64,000 nt of DNA from a virus, in the IMG/VR virus record IMGVR_UViG_3300042894_006927, positions 1-64,000 of that record, one strand, 5' to 3'. Below are positions 38,884 through 47,928 of the stretch, piece by piece; position 1 is the stretch's first letter, and each line of letters begins with the position of its first letter. The translations under genes and the position numbers were made by a program. Below the pieces are notes generated by a model. It saw only the letters and a list, made by a program, of their open reading frames with translations, was not told where the DNA came from and did no database searches.

Positions 38884-41316
38884 ATGCAACACCAAGATTC
38901 ATACATTGTCGTAAAGGAATTTACTGACAACGGAAAAAAAACGAGAGAGGTTATTGCAACGGGAGTAACCAAGCAAGGCTTTATTGATGCCTACACCGAA
39001 AAAGGTTGTGTAATGAGAGGGGGCGAAAACCCCCATTTTGAGGACATTTATTCGGGTATAATTTACAAGTTGGAAAAAGAATTTGAGCAAGGCGGTCAAA
39101 TTGATAGGGAAAGGGATATTCAGATTGCCAAAACAATTTTGATGCAAATGGGTGGCTCAAACCGACTGCAAATGTTTACGGGGGCATACAATTTTGTGGC
39201 AGTACCCTATGGGGTTTCATTTCGGATTAAAAACCGAAGCGTAAACTATGTGAAAATTGTGCTGAACGCAATGGACACTTACGATATTGAATTTGGGCGA
39301 ATTAGTGGGGTAAACTACAAGATTGTAAAAGAATTAAGCGGAATCTACAACGACCAATTAGTTGAAATTTTTACCCGTTATACGGGAATGGTTTTGCGTT
39401 TAAGAAAAGGCGGTGCAATTCAAGGGGAAGAAAATGCCGAAATGGTTATGAATCAAAACCTACAAATTCGCCACCACACCGAAGAATTAGAAGAAATCCT
39501 AAAATCGGGAAAGGAAGTTCCTGCTTGGGTTGTTTCAAAAGTTAGCAGGGCGGCAGATAGTATGTCAGATGCCACACACTACCTTGAAGGAACACCCGAT
39601 AAAATGGAAAGGGGTGGGAATACAAGAATTGTAGATATTTCAAAACTGAAAACTTATGTTTTGACTTATATTCCCGTTTTTGACATTAAACGGGCAATGC
39701 AAATAAAGCAAAAAGCGGTTTACGCAGAAAGCGAGGAAGATGCCATTGCCCAACTTCCAAGAACGGCAAAAGTAATTTCAATAAAAGTTACTTCGGGCGG
39801 TGGTCGTGGCATACCCCAACGACAAAGGGGGCGTGGAGAATCACAATCTCAAAAAATTCGGAAAGAAATAAAAGCGTTAAAGGAAACATTGCCCTTTTTG
39901 GAGGGTAAAGACAAAAAACAAATTGAAGATGAAATCAAAAACCTAAATGATACATTGGATGAGATGGATACATTGGATGAAATGAGGGCGGAAGGACAAT
40001 ATGCCGAAGGCGGAGGGGTTAATAAAATGGCAATGGGCGGTGAGGTTTCCAAACAATATGAAGACATACCTAATACAACATACCAACTAAAGATTAAAGT
40101 TTATTATGACAAGGGGGGTATGAACTATTATTCGGGGGGGACAAACAAAAGAGGTTATTACCTTTCAGTTACACCCGTTCAAATTGAAAGGCAAGGAAAT
40201 AATGTGATGATTGAATCATATACGGCATTTTCGGGCATAAAAAAGTTAATTTTAGAAGTAGAAAGACAAAGCCCAAAATCGGCTGAAAAAGCAAAAGAAC
40301 TTGCCGAATCTTCAATTTCCGAATTAAAGCAGTATGTTTTAAATCAAATGATTGAAAGAGGCGAAATACCACAAGCCCTTCCTATGCCCGAACCCGAACC
40401 AATGCCCGATGAAGATGAAATAAACCCCGAAGAAATTAGGGCTGAAATCGTAGCGTTAGAGCAAGTTTTAGAAGTGTTGGAAGGAGAGGATAGGCAATCA
40501 ATCCAAGAGGAAATCGAAATACTAAAACTTGCATTGGAAGGAATGGGCAATTATGCCAAAGATGGGGATAGCATAAAAAATTGGTACACAAGCACATACC
40601 CTTCCGATGATTTGGGCGAAGAATTAAACCCCGATGCTAAATTTAGTGGATTAGAAGAAAATTTGGCAGACATTTACACTTATTTGGGTGTTGCCGATTC
40701 GGTTGTTCGTGAAAGAGTTTTTGAAAGATATTCTGAAATTTTTAATAAGCCATACGAATATATTTACGACAAGTGGGTTAAATCGGAGAAATTTGCCAAA
40801 GGTGGCGGGATTGGTGAATTGCCCCCAAAAGGAGAATTAACCAATAAAGATAATTTTCTGCTCAAATATGAAAAAAAGGGTGGCGACTACGAATTTTACA
40901 TTTACAAACCCGAAACAAAAAAAGTTAGTGGATATAATCAAGTAAAGCATATTTGCGTAAATTCAGATTGCCCACACAAAATGACTTATGAGCAATTTTT
41001 AAATTACTTGTATGCAGAATTGTATTTAGATAATATGAAATATGCCAATGGCGGTGAAATTTTTGTATGCCCCGTTGGAACTGAAATCCAAACTTTGATT
41101 TTTGACAAATCAATGTTTAACCTTCGGGAAGCAAAAGCGTGGGCAAAGAAAAACAATTTTGAAAACGCTTATGTTGATGGCAAATTAAACACTTTGCGAA
41201 TACGACAAAAAGACCCCGCTATGTTTACCGAAGATGGATTTAGAACAATTCAATTAAGGCAAGGCGTTCAAGCAGTAATTGGTTGCCCGAAGCGTAAAAT
41301 CAGCAGAAAAAAATGA
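38884..41316 (+). CDS. mosaic protein / putative polyprotein of 8-9 small modules
   Basis: linkers FEQGG, LRKGG, MERGG, YAEGG, MAMGG, YAKDG (degenerate), FAKGG and YANGG separate unrelated 60-170 aa modules. Confidence 0.75.
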   Translation: MQHQDSYIVVKEFTDNGKKTREVIATGVTKQGFIDAYTEKGCVMRGGENPHFEDIYSGIIYKLEKEFEQGGQIDRERDIQIAKTILMQMGGSNRLQMFTGAYNFVAVPYGVSFRIKNRSVNYVKIVLNAMDTYDIEFGRISGVNYKIVKELSGIYNDQLVEIFTRYTGMVLRLRKGGAIQGEENAEMVMNQNLQIRHHTEELEEILKSGKEVPAWVVSKVSRAADSMSDATHYLEGTPDKMERGGNTRIVDISKLKTYVLTYIPVFDIKRAMQIKQKAVYAESEEDAIAQLPRTAKVISIKVTSGGGRGIPQRQRGRGESQSQKIRKEIKALKETLPFLEGKDKKQIEDEIKNLNDTLDEMDTLDEMRAEGQYAEGGGVNKMAMGGEVSKQYEDIPNTTYQLKIKVYYDKGGMNYYSGGTNKRGYYLSVTPVQIERQGNNVMIESYTAFSGIKKLILEVERQSPKSAEKAKELAESSISELKQYVLNQMIERGEIPQALPMPEPEPMPDEDEINPEEIRAEIVALEQVLEVLEGEDRQSIQEEIEILKLALEGMGNYAKDGDSIKNWYTSTYPSDDLGEELNPDAKFSGLEENLADIYTYLGVADSVVRERVFERYSEIFNKPYEYIYDKWVKSEKFAKGGGIGELPPKGELTNKDNFLLKYEKKGGDYEFYIYKPETKKVSGYNQVKHICVNSDCPHKMTYEQFLNYLYAELYLDNMKYANGGEIFVCPVGTEIQTLIFDKSMFNLREAKAWAKKNNFENAYVDGKLNTLRIRQKDPAMFTEDGFRTIQLRQGVQAVIGCPKRKISRKK

Positions 41317-41936
41317 AAAAAGAAAAATTCGCTGCGATTGCACTTGCCCTTACCGCAGGAGTTTTTTTGTTGGGAACAACGATTGGTTTTTTAATTCCAC
41401 AATTAAGGCGAAAGGTTGAAAAAAAATCATTGAAAAAACTTCTATTTGTAGGCGATAGTCAAACCAAGCCAAGTTACTCGTATGCCAACAAATTGTCTGC
41501 AAAATTGGGTTCGATGTTTTCTAAAATAGCGGAAAACGGGAAGCAAACCGAGTGGATGAAAAACCAAATTTTAAACACCGATATTTCGCCCTATGATGCT
41601 ATTTTTGTTTTTGGTGGTGGTAACGATATTTCAGCGAATAGGGTTGGTAAGGCACAACAAAACCTTAATGCCATTTACTCGTATGTCAAAAATAACGACA
41701 AGATTTTGGTTGCGGTTTCCCCACCATCAAAAGCCCTTTCAACGATTCACAATGAAATCCAAAAAAACCAAAATTTAGAATTGCGGGATTTTGTTTTAAA
41801 CCATCCCCTGCCCGATTTGAAAATTGATGCCACCGAAATCACAAACAAATCTTTTTTTAGTTCCGATAACATTCACCTAAATCCCGCAGGGCAGAATCAC
41901 CTTTCAAACATTATTTATTCACGATTAAAGGGTTGA
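41313..41936 (+). CDS. membrane-anchored SGNH/GDSL hydrolase
   Basis: N-terminal TM; FVGDS, G..T, GGGND, D.IH.N..G blocks. Confidence 0.88.
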   Translation: MKKEKFAAIALALTAGVFLLGTTIGFLIPQLRRKVEKKSLKKLLFVGDSQTKPSYSYANKLSAKLGSMFSKIAENGKQTEWMKNQILNTDISPYDAIFVFGGGNDISANRVGKAQQNLNAIYSYVKNNDKILVAVSPPSKALSTIHNEIQKNQNLELRDFVLNHPLPDLKIDATEITNKSFFSSDNIHLNPAGQNHLSNIIYSRLKG

Positions 41937-41938
41937 TT

Positions 41939-42652
41939 ATGTCAGCAATAACGGATTTTTTTGATGTTATTTTAAGGGGCGAAAGCAGAACCTATGACGA
42001 CCATAATTGGTATGTTTCGGGTGGAAGATTAAGGGGCTACATAAAAGGCAGAAACACAAACCCGTACCCTTTACTGAAAAAGGATTTGAGTAAATACTCA
42101 TTCGGAGAAATTAAAGCGTTCCAATCAAGGGATAGGGATGCCAATGGTCAATTATGGGCAACGGGCAGATACCAAATTATTCCTTCAACATTGCGGGGGG
42201 TTCAAAAACAAGTTGGATTGCCCGATTCAGCAATTTACAATTTAGAAAATCAAGATAAATTAGGGTTTGCTTTATTGGTTGAAAGGAGAAACACACGAAA
42301 TTACCTTTATGGGAAAGTTGCCGATACGCTTGAAAACCGACAATTAGCGGCACTTGATGTTGCAAAAGTTTGGTCAAGCGTGGGAGTTCCTTACCGAGTT
42401 TTTGGTGGAAGGGGAAGGTATGTTGAAAAAGATGAATCTTACTACAAAGGCGGTGGCGACAAGGCGAGTGTTCCAAGTATAAATGCCCAACAAGCATTAC
42501 AAAAACTGCGAAATTCATTACTAAACAATCAAGTTCCCCAAGCACCGAAAATAAAGCGAGATTTTACTTGGGCTTATTACATTTCGGGTGGGTTGCTTTT
42601 AAGTTCAGCAATAGCATTTTATTTTATCGCTAAACGCAGGAAAAATAAATGA
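41939..42652 (+). CDS. lysozyme-like muramidase/transglycosylase with C-terminal membrane anchor
   Basis: I..GES, ATGRYQIIPSTL, ENQD, WSS (lambda R / GH104-like); C-terminal TM plus KRRK. Confidence 0.75.
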   Translation: MSAITDFFDVILRGESRTYDDHNWYVSGGRLRGYIKGRNTNPYPLLKKDLSKYSFGEIKAFQSRDRDANGQLWATGRYQIIPSTLRGVQKQVGLPDSAIYNLENQDKLGFALLVERRNTRNYLYGKVADTLENRQLAALDVAKVWSSVGVPYRVFGGRGRYVEKDESYYKGGGDKASVPSINAQQALQKLRNSLLNNQVPQAPKIKRDFTWAYYISGGLLLSSAIAFYFIAKRRKNK

Positions 42653-42703
42653 TTTTTAATTGCTTTTTTATTTATATTTGCAATACAAATAAATTTTAAT
42701 GTT

Positions 42704-43093
42704 ATGGCAAAACTACCTCACATTTACTTTCTTGAGCAACTTGATTTGACCGAACAAGACATTCTTTCGGAGTTCAAAAATTATCGTTTAGAAAACGCAA
42801 AAGCCAAAAAGTTTGTAGAATCAAAAGATTTGACAAACGCTTTAAGTGTTTCAAACCGAATTATTGAAAAGGTTATTCCAATGCTTGACGAAGAAGATTT
42901 TTCTGATGAAGAAATTGAAAAAGCCAAGCAAGATGCCCTTTCGCAATTTTCAACAAAACAAAGTTCAAATGGCGAAGCCAATGATAACTCCGAAAATTCT
43001 GATTCAAAAAATGATTTAGGAATTTTGGGTTGGGTTTTGGGCGGTGCTGCCCTACTTGGCGGTGCTTTTTTCTTATTCAAGCGTAAAAAATAA
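42704..43093 (+). CDS. tail-anchored membrane protein
   Basis: C-terminal hydrophobic helix plus KRKK; TATATTTG element just upstream. Confidence 0.7.
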   Translation: MAKLPHIYFLEQLDLTEQDILSEFKNYRLENAKAKKFVESKDLTNALSVSNRIIEKVIPMLDEEDFSDEEIEKAKQDALSQFSTKQSSNGEANDNSENSDSKNDLGILGWVLGGAALLGGAFFLFKRKK

Positions 43094-43668
43094 TGCTCGT
43101 TTGTAATTATAGGAGTTTTGAAGGTCTGCCCCTGCCGAATGTTAGAACAATATCGGGTGGGTTAGGTCGGTATGGACTTGACATAATTACAATGGTGGCA
43201 CGAAATGAAACGGGAACGGCTCAACAAGTTGATTTCTTTTCCCGTAGCAATCCCGCAGGGGTTCGTGTCAGTAACGATGCAATTTCTATGAGTGGGCTTA
43301 TTACCCGTACCCAAGCAAGTCCTCTTGTTATTACAAAAGGGAAATTCTTTGCAAGTGGCGAAAATTCTATTGAGCAACAAAATCAACCTTTGCTGATTTA
43401 CACAAAAACCGCATCGGGGGCTTACGACCAAATTCAAATGAATCCGAGTGCGTACCAATCTTCTCTGCGAACAAGTCAATACCCTATTGACATTCCATTG
43501 AAAGCAATTATTGATAGCCAAAGTAGTTTCTCAACAACCATTTTGCCTAACACTACAATCCGTATAGTGTTAAAGAGTTTCCAACCGCTTAATAAGTCGA
43601 AGGATTTACGGGCATTTCGTGAATTTATGGGAATAAAATGGCAGAAACAAAAGAAATTTGGATTTTAG
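43093..43668 (+). CDS. putative capsid protein 2 (single jelly-roll-like; paralog of 46073-46828)
   Basis: colinear with 46073: (I/Y)T.V..N.T...Q.V; (T/S)Q.SP; Q; A.G...Q....P.A(Y/F).SSL......ID(I/L). Confidence 0.55.
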   Translation: MLVCNYRSFEGLPLPNVRTISGGLGRYGLDIITMVARNETGTAQQVDFFSRSNPAGVRVSNDAISMSGLITRTQASPLVITKGKFFASGENSIEQQNQPLLIYTKTASGAYDQIQMNPSAYQSSLRTSQYPIDIPLKAIIDSQSSFSTTILPNTTIRIVLKSFQPLNKSKDLRAFREFMGIKWQKQKKFGF

Positions 43669-44051
43669 AAACCGCAAAAGCATACGAAGAAAAACTTGCC
43701 ACACGCATCCGCAAGAATACTTCATTGAAAAGCCGTTATCCCAAAATGCTAATTAAAGCAAGGATTGACTTTGTTTTTTTTGTCGTTTCCTTATATTTCG
43801 GGCTTGACAAAAATTGCTTTTATGAAAAGAAACGGCAGGGCGGACTTCCATCAAATTTTTCAGAAATTCGGGGGTTTGCATTTGCATTGCTAAAGCAACG
43901 ATACAACTACTCAAACGAAATGATTTCATTACACACAAAATTTTCACAAAATTGGATTGCAAGGTGCATCTACAAGTTTTCGATTTCGGAAAATTCCGAG
44001 TTTCAAAAATGCGAACTGATTTCAAAACAAATAGCCAATTCTAACTTATGA
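43638..44051 (+). CDS. DnaA domain IV / TrpR-like HTH protein
   Basis: V..YFGL.......KR......R..A..L......S.E.I pattern. Confidence 0.5.
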   Translation: MAETKEIWILETAKAYEEKLATRIRKNTSLKSRYPKMLIKARIDFVFFVVSLYFGLDKNCFYEKKRQGGLPSNFSEIRGFAFALLKQRYNYSNEMISLHTKFSQNWIARCIYKFSISENSEFQKCELISKQIANSNL

Positions 44052-44944
44052 GAGGTCGTAAAAAAATAATTGTTGACAAAGCGGAAGATGCCACAATTCT
44101 TTCAGAACCCGAATTGATGAAGCCAATGGGGGCGACACAATCGCCTTTGCTTGACCCAATTTCTACCGAAGCATCGGGAGAAGGTTCGGGAAAAGCAAAA
44201 ATCCTTCAAAATTTAGGGGGGGCTACTTCTGACGACACCTTTGATGAAAACGATGATAATTTTGAAAGTAACCAACCCGAACCGAAAGTTAGAAGCCAAA
44301 AAAAGCAATCGGCAAGTTTTAATTCTGAAAGCGTAATTTCCGACAATAATTTTCCCGAACCACCCGAATCAAATTTTGATGAACCCGATGAATTTGATGA
44401 AGAATATGAAGAAGGGTCTAACGACCTTCCCGAAGGATATTTAGACAAGGAAATTCCAAAACAAGCGAAATTCATTACCGACCTTGTTACTAATTTGCTT
44501 GAAACATTGATTTTGCAGAAATACGCTATTGATGTTGATAGCGTGAGGACTTCCTTAATGGAAATTTCCGATATGCAACAACAAGTTCCGAATGTAATCA
44601 AAGGTCTTAATGACTACAATATGGGATTTAAAAATGCCATAGAGTTTACCAAAGATGAAAAGAAACTTATTGTTACGGGATTGGTAAACATTCTGAAAAA
44701 ATACCCTGCAATTTCAGACAAACTAACGGGGGAAGCACAATTAGGTTTGGCTATTTTAACGATTGGATTGACTAAATTAGGCGTTTTAAAACAAATGAGA
44801 GATAAGGGAACGGAGATTTTAACCAACATAAATGCCACTTTAAATCAGTATCGTGAATTTTACAAAGCCAAAACCGAACAAATGCGTAATCAACAAGCCC
44901 AAGCAGAGCAAAGCGGAAACGCAAGGGCAGAACAATATGGATAA
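44048..44944 (+). CDS. acidic protein with a hydrophobic helix, upstream of the packaging ATPase
   Basis: disordered acidic N-terminal half, LGLAILTIGL segment, coiled-coil tail. Confidence 0.65.
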   Translation: MRGRKKIIVDKAEDATILSEPELMKPMGATQSPLLDPISTEASGEGSGKAKILQNLGGATSDDTFDENDDNFESNQPEPKVRSQKKQSASFNSESVISDNNFPEPPESNFDEPDEFDEEYEEGSNDLPEGYLDKEIPKQAKFITDLVTNLLETLILQKYAIDVDSVRTSLMEISDMQQQVPNVIKGLNDYNMGFKNAIEFTKDEKKLIVTGLVNILKKYPAISDKLTGEAQLGLAILTIGLTKLGVLKQMRDKGTEILTNINATLNQYREFYKAKTEQMRNQQAQAEQSGNARAEQYG

Positions 44945-44954
44945 TCTTTAGGAA

Positions 44955-45869
44955 ATGGCGATACGGAAAAGCAAACCCACAAATGAGCCGAGTAAAAGGA
45001 AATCGGATAGCCGAAGCAACGGCATATCGGTTATTACGGGTATGCAGGGCGTAGGAAAATCATTTAATCTGAACAGCCGAGTAAGGCAGTACGCCCAATT
45101 TCATAAACGCCCCGTAATTGTCTATGATGTAAACGATGAATATGCTGATTATGAAATTGTGCGTTGGTCTGACATTAAAAACCTAAAAGGCGGTATTGTT
45201 CGCAGAGTATTACCCTATAAGCAGAAGCGTAGCGGGAGTAAGGTAAGGGAAATCAAAGCGTTTGACTTGGAAGATTTAAGAAATGGTTTTTTTTATTTGC
45301 TTGAAAACTTTAAAAACGGGTGTTTAGTATTGGATGATTTTAATTCCTACACTATTTCGACACGAAAGACAAACATCCTTTCTACTCTGACAAGGGCAAG
45401 GCATCACGGGTTGGATATAATTATTGTTTTGCAAGAACTTGGAAAAGTAACCAAAGACCTTTTTGCGAACTCGTCTTATTTCGTAATGCACCGACAAAAT
45501 ACTTCGCTTGACATTGAAAGAAAAAAAATAACAAACTTTCCTTTGTTTAAGATTGCAGAGAACATTGTAAATGCTCAATTTCATTTGGTTGAGAAAATGA
45601 ATGAAATGGGCAAGTTTTCATTGGAAAGCGAATACAAAATGTATCGTAGTTTTTATGTTGAAATTGATGTAAAGCGAAATAAAATCTACGGGTGTACGAG
45701 CAGAGAAATGTTCCGAGAAGCAATTAAGAAATACCTTAAAACTTCGGACAAATACCGAGAGGTTTATGAATTTATGGCTGAAAATGATTTGAGAAAGACG
45801 AACAAAGAGGATTTGGATAGGGCTATAAATGAGGTTTCGGGCAGGTATATGGGCTTTTTTGCAGGTTAA
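44955..45869 (+). CDS. FtsK-HerA superfamily (A32/P9-like) genome-packaging ATPase
   Basis: ITGMQGVGKS Walker A, VIVYD, CLVLDD Walker B, RARHHGLDIIIVLQ (R-finger/H and Q sensor); no nuclease domain. Confidence 0.8.
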   Translation: MAIRKSKPTNEPSKRKSDSRSNGISVITGMQGVGKSFNLNSRVRQYAQFHKRPVIVYDVNDEYADYEIVRWSDIKNLKGGIVRRVLPYKQKRSGSKVREIKAFDLEDLRNGFFYLLENFKNGCLVLDDFNSYTISTRKTNILSTLTRARHHGLDIIIVLQELGKVTKDLFANSSYFVMHRQNTSLDIERKKITNFPLFKIAENIVNAQFHLVEKMNEMGKFSLESEYKMYRSFYVEIDVKRNKIYGCTSREMFREAIKKYLKTSDKYREVYEFMAENDLRKTNKEDLDRAINEVSGRYMGFFAG

Positions 45870-46072
45870 TAATTGGGTTTTTAAGTTATTTATTGTGTAT
45901 TTGCAAGAAACTTAAAATCAGCAAGTTGCAATATGAATGGGAATGTTATATCATTTAAAATTCCTTTTTAATTCTTTTTCTTAATAATTGAAATGTTTAT
46001 TCTACGGAATTGAGTGTAAATTTGACTGATAAATCATTTAAACACTCACTTGCGAGGTAAAACAAATCAATT

Positions 46073-46828
46073 ATGAAAAATCGTATCACTTCTCTTGAAA
46101 ATGCTATGGAACGGAATTTCCGTAACTATGGCGGCTATAATGACTTCTCTATGGGTCAGTATGGCGATGGAACATTCCTTAACGCCAATGGCGGTGGGGC
46201 AGTTCCCGTTTCCCGTTTGAATCCAAACGCACGGCTTTACACTTTGGTAATAACCAATAGTACGGCAAGTACGCAGGATGTTATCATTCTAAACGCAGGG
46301 GATGGCGTACCTCCTACTTCTGCTTCCGTTCCCGCAGGAACATCGGTTACTTTGCAACAAAGTTCTTACAATCGGTTATTGACCGAATCCCAAAACTCTC
46401 CAATGATGGTAGCGGGTTGTAAGGTGTCGGTAAAAGATGCAAGTCAATTCAGTAATGTTTGGACTTTGGCATACCTAAATGCCGCAGGTTTGTTGCAACA
46501 AGCAACTCTTTCGCCTTTGGCGTTCCGTTCTTCTCTGCAAAACTTGGCAACGCAGATTGACCTTTCCGAAGATGATTTCCAATATGTTATCAACCAAGAT
46601 AGCCGTTGGACAATCCCCGTGAATGGCACTTCTTCCGTTTCGGGTGGAGAGAGCATCACGCTGAACTTGTTTGTTAAATCGCAAATCCAACCTACCCGCA
46701 TTTTGCAAGGGCAGAGCAATGTTTCGATTAGCAATCAAGGCGTTCCTTCGGGTTTGCCTACCCAAAAACTTGAAGTGGTGAATCGCACCATTGCGGGGGG
46801 TATGAATGGCGGAATGTCCGTAATGTAA
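46073..46828 (+). CDS. putative major capsid protein (single jelly-roll-like, with N-terminal propeptide)
   Basis: beta-rich, S/T/N/Q-rich 251 aa; follows the ATPase, has its own 200-nt leader and a strong terminator; paralog at 43093. Confidence 0.6.
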   Translation: MKNRITSLENAMERNFRNYGGYNDFSMGQYGDGTFLNANGGGAVPVSRLNPNARLYTLVITNSTASTQDVIILNAGDGVPPTSASVPAGTSVTLQQSSYNRLLTESQNSPMMVAGCKVSVKDASQFSNVWTLAYLNAAGLLQQATLSPLAFRSSLQNLATQIDLSEDDFQYVINQDSRWTIPVNGTSSVSGGESITLNLFVKSQIQPTRILQGQSNVSISNQGVPSGLPTQKLEVVNRTIAGGMNGGMSVM

Positions 46829-46856
46829 ATTGCTCAATGGAGTAATGTCCATAACA

Positions 46857-46893
46857 AAAGGGGGCGGGGTACTTTTGCCCCGCCTTTTTTTTT
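46857..46893 (+). terminator. rho-independent terminator after the putative MCP
   Basis: GGCGGGGT...GCCCCGCC stem followed by T9. Confidence 0.88.
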
Positions 46894-46908
46894 ACTAAAA
46901 AGAATTTT

Positions 46909-47430
46909 ATGCAACCAACATTAGTCGGCACTATTATTCAGCAAAACTTTTCGGGTGTTCAGCAACTTGCTCAAAAAATGGGCTATCCCGTTCCGCAAAC
47001 GCCCCAAGAAGCACAAACTTTTTTCGTAAACCTTCGTGATAACGAAGCACCACAAGATTTTGCCCGATATGTTATGTCGGTTCATCCGAATTGGCAACTC
47101 TTTGGAAAAAACATTTGCAACACTATGTTGCTAAACAATAATTCTCAACCTATGCAATACCGAAACGCTTGTTGCGGGTTTGTAAATGCCGATGGTAGCC
47201 AAAACGGAAATGGCAACGGAAACGGAAACGGAAACGGCAATGGAAACCAAATGCAAAATAACCAACAAACCAACCAACAAATTGAAATCCCGCAAGAATT
47301 TAGGCAGGGATTTGATTTTCTTTCACAAAGAATTGGTGAAATTGCAAGTACCCGAAATCAGAATCAGATTATTCAATACGGACTTGTTTTCGTAGTCGGA
47401 TTGGTAGCGGGAAAGGTATTGTTCAAATAA
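46909..47430 (+). CDS. tail-anchored virion membrane protein
   Basis: FVNADG motif, (NG)n tract, C-terminal TM. Confidence 0.7.
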   Translation: MQPTLVGTIIQQNFSGVQQLAQKMGYPVPQTPQEAQTFFVNLRDNEAPQDFARYVMSVHPNWQLFGKNICNTMLLNNNSQPMQYRNACCGFVNADGSQNGNGNGNGNGNGNGNQMQNNQQTNQQIEIPQEFRQGFDFLSQRIGEIASTRNQNQIIQYGLVFVVGLVAGKVLFK

Positions 47431-47439
47431 AAAAATTTT

Positions 47440-47928
47440 ATGCTTGAATATCGAAATAACAACGGAAAAGTAGGCGGTAAAATACTTGCTGAACAAGTTA
47501 TGTTTAATCGTTCAAAAATGAACGAATTGATGGCTCGTTTTGGCTACAATACCGAAAATTTAAGCGATTATCAACTCGTTTCCCTTATGGGCGATTTGTC
47601 GTTTAAAAACAAGCAATTTGTTCCAACACTTGCAACCTACATAAACACTAATTTTAGGGGTTTTGTGGGGGAAATTGTAGCGGGAATTGGCGGTTTAGTA
47701 ACTGCACTTGATGATGCTTTTAAAACATCAGATGATGAAACTCGGCAAACCCAAGCCCAAGCAGAATTAGAAAGGGCAAAAGCAGATGCCGAACAAGCGA
47801 AAGCAGATTCGGAACGGGCTTCTTCATCCGCAAAAATGTGGACTTATATTGGCGTTTCCGCAGTCGTTGTTATCGGTGTTGTAGCGGGTGTAATTCTTTA
47901 TCGTAGAAGGTCTAAAAAATCGGTGTAA
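47440..47928 (+). CDS. tail-anchored virion membrane protein
   Basis: FRGFVG motif, short coiled coil, C-terminal TM plus RRRSKK. Confidence 0.7.
   Translation: MLEYRNNNGKVGGKILAEQVMFNRSKMNELMARFGYNTENLSDYQLVSLMGDLSFKNKQFVPTLATYINTNFRGFVGEIVAGIGGLVTALDDAFKTSDDETRQTQAQAELERAKADAEQAKADSERASSSAKMWTYIGVSAVVVIGVVAGVILYRRRSKKSV

Noticed and set aside
39140-39160. MQMGG inside the second module of 38884-41316 (also VMRGG, KMVGG, YDKGG, WKAGG, WAKGG) as extra linkers
   Set aside because: These appear to lie within modules rather than at borders, so they were not counted; they show the motif is short enough to need a statistical test
44955-45869. Terminase large subunit or conjugative ATPase
   Set aside because: At about 300 aa it has no RNase H-like nuclease domain and there are no T4SS genes; motifs and context fit an A32/P9-like ATPase better
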